52,211 bases of DNA from Chiloscyllium plagiosum (Eukaryota). Location: NCBI RefSeq assembly GCF_004010195.1, contig NC_057740.1, positions 41,422,718-41,474,928 on the forward strand, read 5' to 3'. Shown piece after piece: positions 37,671 through 49,199 of the stretch. The notes under the pieces were generated by a model, which was given only the letters and a program-made list of their open reading frames with translations, did not search any database and was not told the origin of the DNA. A program made the position numbers and the translations under genes. The first letter of the stretch is position 1; each line of letters starts with the position of its first letter.

Positions 37671-39128
37671 GAAAACAAAGATACTGAAGATTTGAAACAA
37701 AAACAAGAATTTCTGGAGAAACTCAGCAGGTCTGGCAGTATCTACAAAGAGAGAAACAGAGTTAACATTTCAAGTCCAGTCCCACTTCTTCACACGAGAT
37801 TACAGTTGATGTGGTTATGCTATGTTCAACTTTAATCAAAAGCAGGTTGGAATTGAAGCAACTGACCTGTCTTCCAACTGTAGTAAAGAATTGGTCAGTC
37901 TGACTCGGGCCACAATCAATGCTGAACCGTGTAGGGAACTGTAAATCTCCAGCCAAATTATCTTGGTCAGGAGGTGTATGCAGGTACTAAGGAGGGTCAG
38001 GGACAGTCAAACTGCTCATGTAGCTGCAGTTCTCTTGGGAAAAGTCAATCACATGAAGGATTGTAAACTAATCAGTCAAATCCAAAACGTGTTGGAACTG
38101 AGAGGTTAAGATAACTCAAGGGTAACAACCGAACCCTAAACTAACTACAGCTTGTGCAGAGTACGAGGCTTTTCCTACGCTTTCTCAATAAAGGTGTGCT
38201 TCTGATAAGTTGTGGGGCCTGCATGTATTTTGGGCGAGAGCCAAGGTTACATTACAGAGTGTTTTAAATTGGAAGAGCCAATAAAGGTGTCGTGTCATTG
38301 AGATTACTTTAGACACTTCACATCAAGGCATCAGGAAGTTTATTTTAATAAATAAGATGTTTGTGGTGGAGCAAAACCGATGCCTGAGATTTTTCTTCTC
38401 AATAAAATCCTCAAGCCCAAGCACTAACGTGAGGAGACTGAACAGTGGCTGTTTATGTTAATGGTTCATGTTAATGGTATCAGTGGAGTGGTGCACACAA
38501 GGTCCATGACGAGTGGGTGCTGTAAGGTTTGGACTGGGTGTTGGCAGCCCTGGAATAACATTCTAATTTAGTTTGATAAGTTTTCTTTACAATTTGCTTT
38601 CAAGTTAAACCTTTTTAATTTATCCCCACAGTAGTGTCCCCATCAGTACTGTACCCCAGTGGTTATACACTGACAGACCTGACCCCACCAGTGGTTATAC
38701 ACTGGCAGACCTGTCAGGCTTATGCCCGAAACGTCGATTCTCCTGCTCCTCGGATGCTGCCTGGCCTGCTGTGTTTTTCCAGCACCACACTTTTCAACTC
38801 TTGTCTCCAGCATCTGCAGTCCTCACTTTCTCCTAGTTATACACTGACAGACTTGTCCCCACCAGTACTGTCCCTAGTGTTATAGTGACAGACCTGTCCC
38901 CACCAGTACTGTACCCCAGTGTTATACAGTGACAGACCTGTCCCACTGTTACTGTATGCTCTACAGCGCAGTGTCATGCTGCCTTGCAGGTTAATGAGTT
39001 GTCAGATACAGATTGAATGGGGACAGGAGAAAGGTTTCACACACCTATAACCCTGAGTATAGGAAGAGGGTAGAGAGAATTGGTTGGAGGTAGGTCGTTT
39101 TGGGCGCAGCGATGTTAGTTACACATAC

Positions 39129-39290
39129 CGCCAAAATAGATGAGGCCAAAGATGGGCGAGGCAATGATTTGGTCCAACAAAACCTTCTTCAGCACAATGC
39201 GTTTGGTCCTTCCTGGGAACCTTCGATCCAGGGCCCCATACCAGAAATGCCCAAAAGGGCCCATTAAACAGCCAGTTGCAAACATTCGTC
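39129..39290 (-). CDS. MPV17L2: MPV17L2 coding exon 2 ([53 protein letters not shown])
   Basis: Family motifs GP..H.WY..LD and KKVL.DQ...SP. Acceptor ttatccacag|, donor G|gtatgt; 162 nt, phase 1 to 1. Confidence 0.95.
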
Positions 39291-39628
39291 CTGTGGATAA
39301 GTGAGAGAAACAGGGAGGAGAGACTGACATTGGGAAATACAGAGCTCCTTTGTGAATATTGAGTCTGGAATCAAAATTAAGACAAAGGAATAATCCTTCT
39401 ATGTACAAATATTGAGAAACACAGAAAATATCAATCCTCAGATGCTGCTCAAACTTACAACGCCATCACAAGCTGCACTTCCACTTTCAGGACTGAACAC
39501 GTTGTCTGCCTCCCAGTGCATGCAGGTGTTTGGCTGTTGGGAGGATTCACAAACAGACCTGTCCCCACCAGTACCCTACCCCAGTGTAATACAGGGACAG
39601 ACCTGTCCCCACCAGTGTGATACAGTGA

Positions 39629-40273
39629 GGTGGAGGTACCGGTTTTGGACTGGGATGGTCAAAATTAACAATCACACAACACCGGGTTATAGTCCAACTG
39701 GTTTATTTGGAAGTACCAACTTTCTGAGCGCTGCTCCTTCATCAGGGAGCTAGTAAAATAGGATCACAGGACACAGAATTTATAGAAAAAGATCATAGTA
39801 TCATAAACTGATGCAATATATTGAACAAACCTAGATTGCTGTTAAGTGGCAGTCAATATTTTTTATAAGCCATATGACATTTTACAAACTCATACTTTGT
39901 AAAGAGAATCAGTCTGACTCAAGATTGGAACACATATGGACTCTAACTGCACACTTTTAATACATTGTTGGAGCTGAGATGTCACTTTTTTTAAACAAAC
40001 CTTAAGTTATCTGGGGAATGTGACTTGAAAGTAGTTCTGGGATTTACATATTAATGAACCGCAACCTAAAACCCATTCTTACGGATGAATGATTGAACAG
40101 CAATCAAGATTTGTGTAATATATTGCATCAGTGTCTGACACGATGATCTTTTGCTATAAATTCTGTGTCCTACGATCCTGCTCTGCGAGCGACCTGACAA
40201 TGGAGCAGCAGTCCGAAAGCTTATACTGCTAAGTAGACCTGTTGGACAGTAACCTGGTGTTGTATGATTTTAA
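39629..40273. mobile_element. Penelope-derived element with long inverted arms, third hammerhead subfamily, in MPV17L2 intron
   Basis: Arms about 39668-39845 and 40094-40272, each with CUGA.(G/A)A..GGAGC-AGC-..CC-GAAAG; flanked by gtgatacagtga (39617-39628, 40274-40285). A shorter relative is at about 29165-29325. Confidence 0.7.
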
Positions 40274-40800
40274 GTGATACAGTGACCTCTCCCCACCAGT
40301 ACCGTACCCCAGTGTTATACAGCGACAGACCTGTCCCCACCAGTACTGTACCCCAGTGTTATACAGCGACAGACCTGTTCCCACCAATACTGTACCCCAG
40401 TGTTATACAGGGACAGACCTGTCCCCACCAGTACTGTACCCCAGTATTGTACAGTGACAGACCTGTCCCCACCAGTACTGTACCCCAGTGTTATACAGTG
40501 ACAGACCGGTCCCCATCAGTACTGTACCCCAGTGTTATACACTGACAGACTGGTCCCCACCAGTACTGTACCCTAGTGTTATACACTGACAGACTGGTCC
40601 CCAGTAGTACTGTACCACAGTGTTATACACTGACAGACCTGCCCCCATCAGTACTGTACCCTAGTGTTATACACTGACAACCTGTCCCCACCAGTACAGT
40701 ACCCCAGTGTTATACAGTGACAGACCTGCCCCCACCAGTACTGCACCCCAGTGTTATACAGTGACAGACCTGCCCCCATCAGTACTGCACCCCTGTGTTA
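40274..40800. repeat. 44-bp minisatellite, about 12 units (gtgttatacagtgacagacctgtccccaccagtactgtacccca); further units at 38620-38960 and 39553-39628
   Basis: Period measured directly (40312 to 40356). Confidence 0.95.
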
Positions 40801-41095
40801 CATTGGAGAGAAATCAAGTTAACCTCTCGGCTTCAGTGACCCTTCATCAGAACAGAGAGTATCACTGGCTCCGGACTGTAACTCTGATCGCTCTCCACAG
40901 ATGCTGCCAGACCTACTGATATTTTCTGTTTTGGTTTCTGATTTCCAGCAGTTCTTTCAGTTTTTATCTTGAAGAGGAGTGTCGGTCCCTGCGCAGATAT
41001 TTCACTCTCGTCAGTATCTTCAGTAGCGACCGCACTTCAGGGCAACACCACTGGGAGGCGCTGAACTGGTGGAAGGCGCTACCTAAATGCATTAC

Positions 41096-41285
41096 CTGTT
41101 CGAGCCCATTCCCGGACACGGTCGGGCTCCCGCCAGATCTCTCGGGTTTGTTGTATCATGTCCCCAGTTGCCATCAGAGCCCCGCAGCTAACAGTGTTAG
41201 TGACGAACAGATACCTGCCAGTGAAGAGAGATTTCCAAACAGCGAGCAGGCGGACAGAGAAAGCTGTGTTTGGAGGAGCAGGCAT
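41096..41285 (-). CDS. MPV17L2: MPV17-like protein 2, first coding exon (MPAPPNTAFS...RYLFVTNTVSCGALMATGDMIQQTRE...EWART)
   Basis: The translation matches the Mpv17/PMP22 N-terminal helix pattern (L-x-T-N-T..CG-x-LM-x-x-GD-x-x-QQ). ATG at 41285; donor ACAG|gtaat gives phase 1; upstream acceptor cttttaacatcctacag| at 41403 suggests the exon includes 5' UTR. Confidence 0.93.
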
Positions 41286-42324
41286 TCTGTACTGGGAAGG
41301 CAGGGCTAACCCACTGACTGAACTAACTCCAAACTTTTAATGTTGCTCTGCAAAAGAGATCTACTCCGCTCTTACTTCTCAAAGTCAGCTTGAAATTTCC
41401 AGCCTGTAGGATGTTAAAAGTGAAAAACTCCTGAAAGAGCCTAATCTCCAGGTTACTATCTAACCTTGAAGCTTCTCACAACTGCAATGGGCCACTCTCA
41501 CTCCCCCTATGTAAAATAACTTATCTCCGTGCAGTATCAGCACACTATGCCAAAATGCTTCTTTTTTTCCTGCAAGTGTTTTTTTTTCTTAATGGAGAGT
41601 TTGCACCTACACATTCAAGTTCTGCTTCTGTAAACCGTTTGCACTCATCAAACTCAAAGACTGCGGAGTTCTCAGAGATTCCTGGGGCTCTCTGTCCAGT
41701 CTCCGGCCACTGACCAGCTCTGAAGGTCAAACTAAACTCTGCCTGAGCAGGAGATGAACTTCGAACTTTAAGATGACACGATAATTCCAGTTTTTGGACC
41801 TCCCTTCCCTCCTTAATCCTTGGTCCCCTCAATTAACTGGTCTTTCTTAGCCCATTCCCTCTCCCCACACTGTCGATACCTAATGTTTCCACAGTTCTGA
41901 GGGGACCCCAGCTCAACGCCGCCCTCAACTCCCTGTTCCTGGGGAATTTTATTCCTTTTTCTTTACCCTGCAGTCTGTACTTCTCTATTACTCCATCTCC
42001 CTCTCCCTCTCTCCACCCTGCAGTCTGTATCCCTATTTCAATCCTGTCTCCCTATTACTCCAGCTCCTTTCCTCTCTTTCGCTCCCTGTCAGACTATCTA
42101 TACATCTCCAACTATACGTCTATCCCTCTCTGCTCACCATCCGTTAACGATTTGATCCCACTCTGTTTGTCTATGTGTATCCTTATCTAAATCCACTCTC
42201 TCTCTCTCTGTCTCCTGGTTCTGGTTCTGGTCCTGTCTCTCTCCTCTTCCTTCCCCAGATTACATATATTTTTATTCACTCATTTTCTCTTTCCCTTCCT
42301 GTCACTGAATCTCAACCACGTTCC

Positions 42325-42455
42325 TCAGCATCCGGAAGGAAATTGTATCAGTTTTTTCAACCAATCAGTTCCAGGTATGGGTTTGATTGATACAACAATT
42401 GACCAATGAAAGATGAGTGATTCGGCAACATGCCGGCGCTATTGACCAATCACAT
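42325..42455 (-). promoter_or_regulatory. Probable MPV17L2 promoter: three CCAAT boxes and an ETS site
   Basis: CCAAT at 42361, 42403 and 42446 (42-43 bp spacing), CCGGAAG at 42332, local CpG enrichment; about 1 kb upstream of the acceptor at 41403. Confidence 0.6.
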
Positions 42456-43883
42456 CGTTCTACCGTCAATGTCCTGTTTTACTTAGATTAATATTCAATT
42501 AGAATAGGAGGGGTTACCCTGTAATAATCTTTTAAAGTCACAGGCACCTCCTGGAATAAGTTATTGAAAAGTTATATTTTACTGATTGATTACTGACTGC
42601 TTTTTGTTCGAGAAGAATGTAATCAATCCCTAGGGTCAGTCATGATCTGACTGATTGGCAGAACAGGCTCGAGGGGCCGAACAGGGCTTTTGCCCAAAAT
42701 GTCGATTTTCCTGCTCCTCGGATGCTGCCTGACCTGCTGTGCTTTTCCAGCATCACTCTAATCTAGACTCTGGTTTCCAGGATCTGCAGTCCTCACTTAT
42801 GCCTCGAGAGAGCGAACAGCCTACTCCCACTCCTGTTTCTTCTGGCTTTATGGGATACTGTAGCAGAGGGGATTTAGAGGAGATAGCTGGAGCATACAAC
42901 CATGGAACTGTGTGGAAGGAAGCCATTCAGTCAATTGTGCCTATACTGGCTCATTAAAGAGCATCATTACCTCGTGCCAATCATCTGCCTTTCCCCCGGA
43001 CCCTTGCATCTTATTTTTATCCAAATAACCATCCAATGCCCTCATGAATACCTCCATTGAACCTGCTTCTGCCACATTTCCAGGCAATGCCTTCCACATT
43101 TCATTCTGATGAAGAGTCACTGGACTGAAAAAGTTTAGCTCTGCTTTCTTCCTACAGATGCTGCCGGAAGTGCAGAGTTTCCCCAGACATTCCTGTTTCA
43201 TAGCTCAAATAGAACCATCAGCGTAACACTTGTAGGAAAGGAAAGATTAGCCTTCATTGTCCCAGGTACTTGAATGAATGCAGTGAAAAATTCGTAATAT
43301 CGCCTCTCCGTGCCACCTCAGGTACAATGGTACCTAGGTACAGATACTTTATGTCTTGTCACAGAGTTGAAATAGTCAAAAGAAAGGCTTGCATGGGAAT
43401 ACAGAGTATAAAAGTCCAGAATATGATTAAAGAGTGTCTGTAAAGTACTCAATTTATAATCTTTCAGAACATGAGGCTAAGCTGCCTCCATCCGGACTCA
43501 CTCTGGGCTCCAGCCCAAGACTCGGCCCACTCTCATCCTGCTCCCCACTCCCGGACTCAGCTGGGGTGGGGAGAAAAACTGCAGCAAAGAGGGGAAACAA
43601 AAGCGAAAAGGAATTGGCAAGCAGAGGAGCTCCGACTGGAGCATCTTAATGTGCCGCCATCTTGAACAGTTAGAATCTGCCATATCTGCCTGGTCTGGCC
43701 TACATGGAAAACTACAGGTCACTGTTGAAAAATAAAGGGACTGCCCATTTAAGGTGAGGAACTCTTATAAAGGATTGTGGCTAAAGAGAATTTAAAATCA
43801 TTTACATCCCTAACCAGGTGCACCGACTTCTTTCCACAGTCCAAAGATGTTTAGGTTAGGTGGATTGGCCATGGGAAATACAG

Positions 43884-44020
43884 AGGTAAAAACAATGACC
43901 GCAGATGCTGGAAACCAGATTCTGGTTTAGTGGTGCTGGAAGAGCACAGCAGTTCAGGCAGCATCCAACGAGCAGCGAAATCTCTGGATCAGTGGCTCTT
44001 CCAGCACCACTGATCCAGAA
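43884..44020. mobile_element. Fold-back Penelope-derived insert splitting a V-SINE
   Basis: Flanked by catgggaaatacag (43870-43883, 44021-44034). Confidence 0.75.
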
Positions 44021-44599
44021 CATGGGAAATACAGGGTTATAGGGATAGGCTGGGCATATCTTTGGTGTGGACTCGATGGGCCGAATGGCCTTCTTCCACA
44101 CTGTAAGGATTCTGTGATCCTGTGGTTCAATGAACTGAGGAAACTAAAAAAGAGGGGAGCTGGCCGACACTTCCTCACCGGATTGTATCAAATGCTGCAG
44201 CCTGAAGGATTTATAGCTGCACTTTGTTTTCCTTCCATTTAACTCCAAGGGATTCTGCAATGTAATTGCTGCCACCATGTGGCTGCTTATTGGTAGGGCA
44301 GCAGGATCCCATAAAAGACAATCAGGGAGAGGTCCATTAATCAGTGATGGTAAGTGAGCAGGAAACGTTGGCCCTGCACAGGATGGACTTGACTCTATGA
44401 CTCTAAGTAGGACTGTGGGATAGGTTACACCCACCTGAAAGAGCAGGAAGGAGCTGGTGTTTAGTACCCCACCACAGTTGGGACAGTGTGGCACTGCCTC
44501 AGTGCTGCACTCAGTGGGTCTGCCTTCATTTTCTGCTTAAGTCTCTGGAGTGGCTCTTGAACCTGCCTTCTTCAAACTAAGAGTGAAATGCTCCCCACC

Positions 44600-46440
44600 A
44601 ACCACAGCTGCCCGGTCAGACAAACAGACCTAGGACATTCGGCCTCTCGACATTAATCTGCCACTCATTAAGGTCATAGCTGATCTTCCACATTCCCATC
44701 CACTGCCAATAACCTCATTCCTTGCCTATCCAGAATCTATCTACCTCTGCTTCAGCAACACTGAATGGCCCGAGCTCCACTGTGTTCTAAGACAGAGAGT
44801 TCCAAAGTCATACAACCCATCTGAGAGAAAAAATATCTTTCTCATCTCTGTCCGAAAAGGATGACCTGAACTTTTAAATAGATCTGGACAGACCCACATG
44901 AGGAAAAGTCATTTCCACATCCACCTTGCAAGGCCATTCAGGATCTTACACACTCTAATCAAGTCTAAGTCTAACCCTAACCCTAACCCTAACCCTTATT
45001 CTCATAAACCTCAGTGGAAACAAGCCTGGTCAGTCCAAGCTTGCCTCGTAAGACAACAGATTCATTCCAGGTATCAATCAAGTAAATCTCCTCTGAACCA
45101 CCAACAATGTATTTACACATCGCCTTATTGCAGGAGGCCAGAACTGCACACAGTATTTGAGATGCGTGTCACCAATATCGTGTATAACTGAAGCCTAACC
45201 TTCTCTATTGTACGTTCAATTCCTTTCATGAGAAATTAGAGTATTCTTCTCGAGTACTTGCTGTGCCTATATTCTATATCATTGTCACCCCTGCACTAGA
45301 ACACCCAGAGCCCTCTGCCTCTTGAAATTCTCTGTTTAAGTAATACTCTTTAAAACGTTCTTCCTGCCCAAGGTAAACAACTTTGCATTTTCCCACTACT
45401 GGCATTTTTTTTATCCATTCCCACAACCTACCTATATTTGTCTGCAGCATTCTTATGCCTTCTTCCCCACATACTTTCCTACTTATCTTGGTGTTGTCTA
45501 TGCTTTTAGCCTCCATGCCTTCACTCCCCACATTGATATAAATCGTAAGAAGTAGCTGCCCCAACACAGAAGCCTGTGCGATTTCATTTGTCACACCCTG
45601 CCAATGAGAAACAGACCTCTGAATTCCAGCAGCTAGCCAACTTTCAATCGATGTTAATATGTTACCCTTTACACCATGAGCTTAAACTTTGCACAATTAG
45701 ATTATATGTGGAACCTTGTCAAATGCCTTCTGGTAATGCGAATCAGTACATCGAAAGGTTACCCTTTATCCACAACGCATGTTACACCATCAAAGAATTC
45801 CAACAGACTCTAATAAATGCATTCATTTCATTCACACATCTCATTCCTGATGAAGGGCTTTTGCCTGAAACATCGATCTTCCTGCTCCTCGGATGCTGCC
45901 TGACCTGTTGTGCTTTTCCAGCACCATTTTAATCTTGACTCTAATCTCCAGCATCTGCAGTACTCACTTTCACCTAGTCTAATAAATGCATGTTGGCTCA
46001 GTGGTTAGCACTGCTATCTCAAAGCACCACTGATCCGTGTTCAATTCCAGCCTCCGGTGATTGTCTGCGTGGAGTTTGCACATTCTCCCTGTGTCTGTGT
46101 GGGTTGCTCTGGTTTCCTCCCCCAGTCCCAAGATGTGTAGGTTAGATGAATTGGTCTTGCTAAATCATAGTGAGTGAGTGTGTAATGGGATGATACTTTT
46201 GGAAGGTCAGTGCAGACCCAATGGGCCAAATGGCCTCTCCCTGCACTGTAGGGATTCTAAATTGGTGAAACATGACTTCCCTTCAACAAAACCATGCTTA
46301 CTCTTCCCAAATACTGTGTGTTTATCCAAGTGCTCAGCTATAACCTCTTTAATGATTAATTCTAACACCATCCCCATGACAGGTGTCAGGCTAATGAACC
46401 TATTCTTTCTTTTCATCTGCCTGCCTCCCTTCTTGAATAG
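44600..46440 (-). mobile_element. Old CR1 LINE remnant with nested inserts
   Basis: SVLGQLLLTIYIN and SKHGFVEGKSCFTNL peptides on minus. Confidence 0.72.
45823..45977 (+). mobile_element. Short Penelope-derived insert with near-intact hammerhead (CpG-decayed stem III)
   Basis: Flanked by tctaataaatgcat (45809-45822, 45978-45991); CUGAUGA-A-GGGC-UUUU-GCCU-GAAA-CAUC. Confidence 0.78.
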
Positions 46441-46808
46441 GATAGTTTATTTGTTTCTTCTAAGTCTGATGGAACATTACCAAAACCTTGTGAATTTTGA
46501 AAAGATTAGCATCACCTGTACAATCTATTTAGTGACATATTTTAGGGAGGAGCCAATCAGGATGCAGGGGCCTAGCGTCAGTCCACAGCTCGATTTGGTT
46601 AGGCCAGCATCTTTTCCTTGGTGATTGTAATGTCACAACATTCCTGTCTTCCTGCTAGCTCCTGGTTCACGGCTTTTATTGAAATATTACAGGCTATGCA
46701 TTTATTTTCCTCTTTCACTTTATTTTCCCTCTCATGGACATCTCTTCGTCTGATCATTGTAACATCTCCATCCCAATCATGTGTGTGTGTGTGTATTTGT
46801 GTGTGGTG

Positions 46809-47308
46809 NNNNNNNNNNNNNNNNNNNNNNNNNNNNNNNNNNNNNNNNNNNNNNNNNNNNNNNNNNNNNNNNNNNNNNNNNNNNNNNNNNNNNNNNNNNN
46901 NNNNNNNNNNNNNNNNNNNNNNNNNNNNNNNNNNNNNNNNNNNNNNNNNNNNNNNNNNNNNNNNNNNNNNNNNNNNNNNNNNNNNNNNNNNNNNNNNNNN
47001 NNNNNNNNNNNNNNNNNNNNNNNNNNNNNNNNNNNNNNNNNNNNNNNNNNNNNNNNNNNNNNNNNNNNNNNNNNNNNNNNNNNNNNNNNNNNNNNNNNNN
47101 NNNNNNNNNNNNNNNNNNNNNNNNNNNNNNNNNNNNNNNNNNNNNNNNNNNNNNNNNNNNNNNNNNNNNNNNNNNNNNNNNNNNNNNNNNNNNNNNNNNN
47201 NNNNNNNNNNNNNNNNNNNNNNNNNNNNNNNNNNNNNNNNNNNNNNNNNNNNNNNNNNNNNNNNNNNNNNNNNNNNNNNNNNNNNNNNNNNNNNNNNNNN
47301 NNNNNNNN
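46809..47308. other. Assembly gap (500 N)
   Basis: Run of N following a (TG)n tract. Confidence 1.
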
Positions 47309-47529
47309 CTATTTTCACTCTTGCCTCTTATGGGTTGAGGACATTTAGAATTTCAAAGCTGAAATTGATAGAAGTTTAATTGGATTAGGGGTTTACAGGT
47401 TACAGGCCAAGGTTAGTACAAAGGATCAAAGTCAACCAAGGTCTAATTGAGTGGTGGAACAGTCTCAAGAGGCTAAATTGACACATTCTGATCCTTTGCT
47501 AGTTGAGGGCATAGTTCTGTTACACACTT

Positions 47530-48180
47530 CATGTAACAGCCTTAAATTGATGCACAAAAGACGAAAAGGCAATGTGGGGAAAACATTTTTCCTGCAGTAA
47601 GTGGTTAGGGTCTGGAAGGTTTCGCCTGACAGTCTGGTGGAGATAGGTTCAGTTGAAATGTTCAAAAGGGAATCAAAGGGCTGCCAAAGAGTCAAAGAGC
47701 TGTACAGCATGGAAACAGACCCTTCAGTCCAACTTATCCATGCTGACCAGATATCCTAAATTAATCTAGTCCCATTTGTCAGCATTTGTCCCATTTCCCT
47801 CCAAACTCTTCCTATTGATTTACTCACCTAGATCCCTTTTAAATCTTTCCTGTCTCACCTTAAACCTGTGCCCTCTAGTTTTGGACTCCCCTACCTAGGG
47901 GGAAAGACTTTGTCTAGTCGCCCTATCCATGCCCCTCATGATTTTATAAACATCTACGAGATCACCCCTCAGCCTCTGACAGTTCAGGGAAAACAGCCCC
48001 AGCCTCTTCAGCCCCTCCCTATAGCTCAAACCCTCTAAACAGGCAACATGAAAAGGGAATAATGTGCAGGCTTATGGGGAGAAGATAGGAGAATTTCATT
48101 GAGTGAGATGTTGATCAGGAGACTAGGCACAGACATGATGGACCAAATGGCCTCCTTTTGTACTGTAACAATTTTGTGAT
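47530..48180. mobile_element. Nested CR1 3' fragments in opposite orientations
   Basis: Plus-strand CR1 tail interrupted by a minus-strand HER1-like tail (about 47690-48035). Confidence 0.7.
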
Positions 48181-48398
48181 TGTGTGATTTCTTTTGTCCT
48201 CCCCATCTACATGTGGCAAATTCAATCCCATTCTCACTATGCATTGCAATTAACAACACAGCCAACCCAACTGTACATAATGTGCATTGATGTAGGACAT
48301 GGTATCGCCCAGGCAATATGTATTGAAGCAGTTACACTTGAGATAGTTTTGAACCAAGTAGAAAATGTTAACTATCTTCATATCTTTTATAACCGCAG

Positions 48399-49090
48399 AC
48401 AACAACCCGCAAGCACCGTTTGAAAAGTTTAGGTTCTGCACGATGCTGCAACAAAACTATTCGACTGCCCAAATGCAGATTGTGACGTTGAAAGCTGACA
48501 ATGAGCTCCAACAGGCTAAACACATCTTGGAAGTCACAAAGCTGAACAGTCAGAAGGCAGAACTGCTCAGGCAGTTGGCAGATCAGAGAGGGAACTGCAC
48601 ATCCATGAGCAAGGACTTTAAGAAGATGATGGATGAAACCAGTACAGTTTATGAAGCAGGATTCAGGGAGGTTGTGGCGAAGGTAGGAGGGCGCTATGAC
48701 CCGAACCTGAGCAGACAACTGGAACAAATGAGAGCAAACTGCACAGCACTGACTTCCAACTTTCGGACACAGCTCCAGCAGAGGATCGACGGTTTTGTTG
48801 CAACCTTCAAACACATCTGGCAGAGTAACAACGAACAATCCTCAAGGATAAGCAACCTGGAAAAGATGAACGAAGAATGTCAGCAAGAAGCAGCAGTCCA
48901 GCTCCACCAGTTCAAGAGAAAAGAGTCTCAGTTGCAGACCGAGAAGGAGAGTTACCTTGAAGAGAAGGTGCAGCTCCTGCAGGAACGGAATCTGCTGAGA
49001 TCTCAGCTGGCAGCCAAAAACCACCAATCCAATTTCTTCCTCAACCCGGGATCCAGCAACACCAGATCCACTTCCTGCCAAAGTGAATAT
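48399..49090 (+). CDS. PLVAP: Large internal exon of a PLVAP (PV-1)-like coiled-coil glycoprotein
   Basis: Acceptor tatcttttataaccgcag|, donor TAT|gtgagt; 692 nt open, phase 1 to 0. Heptad-rich with spaced Cys and N-glycosylation sequons (NYS, NCT, NLS, NCT). LEEKVQLLQERNLLRSQL resembles the PLVAP LEEKAVLRKERDNLAKEL segment as recalled. Orthologue versus paralogue is unresolved. Confidence 0.72.
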
Positions 49091-49199
49091 GTGAGTCTGC
49101 GAGACCATGGGGGGGCGAGGTGGGAGACATTGATCAAACTGATGGCTTGGCTCATTCATTTCAGGGTGGGTGAGAAACCGAATCAAATTACAGGAGCCT

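Noticed and set aside
40264-40800. CRISPR-like array
   Set aside because: Head-to-tail 44-bp units with no unique spacers, in eukaryotic intron context.
43240-43680. YY1-like gccgccatcttg motif as a PLVAP promoter
   Set aside because: The context looks like an unclassified interspersed repeat, and a single motif is insufficient.
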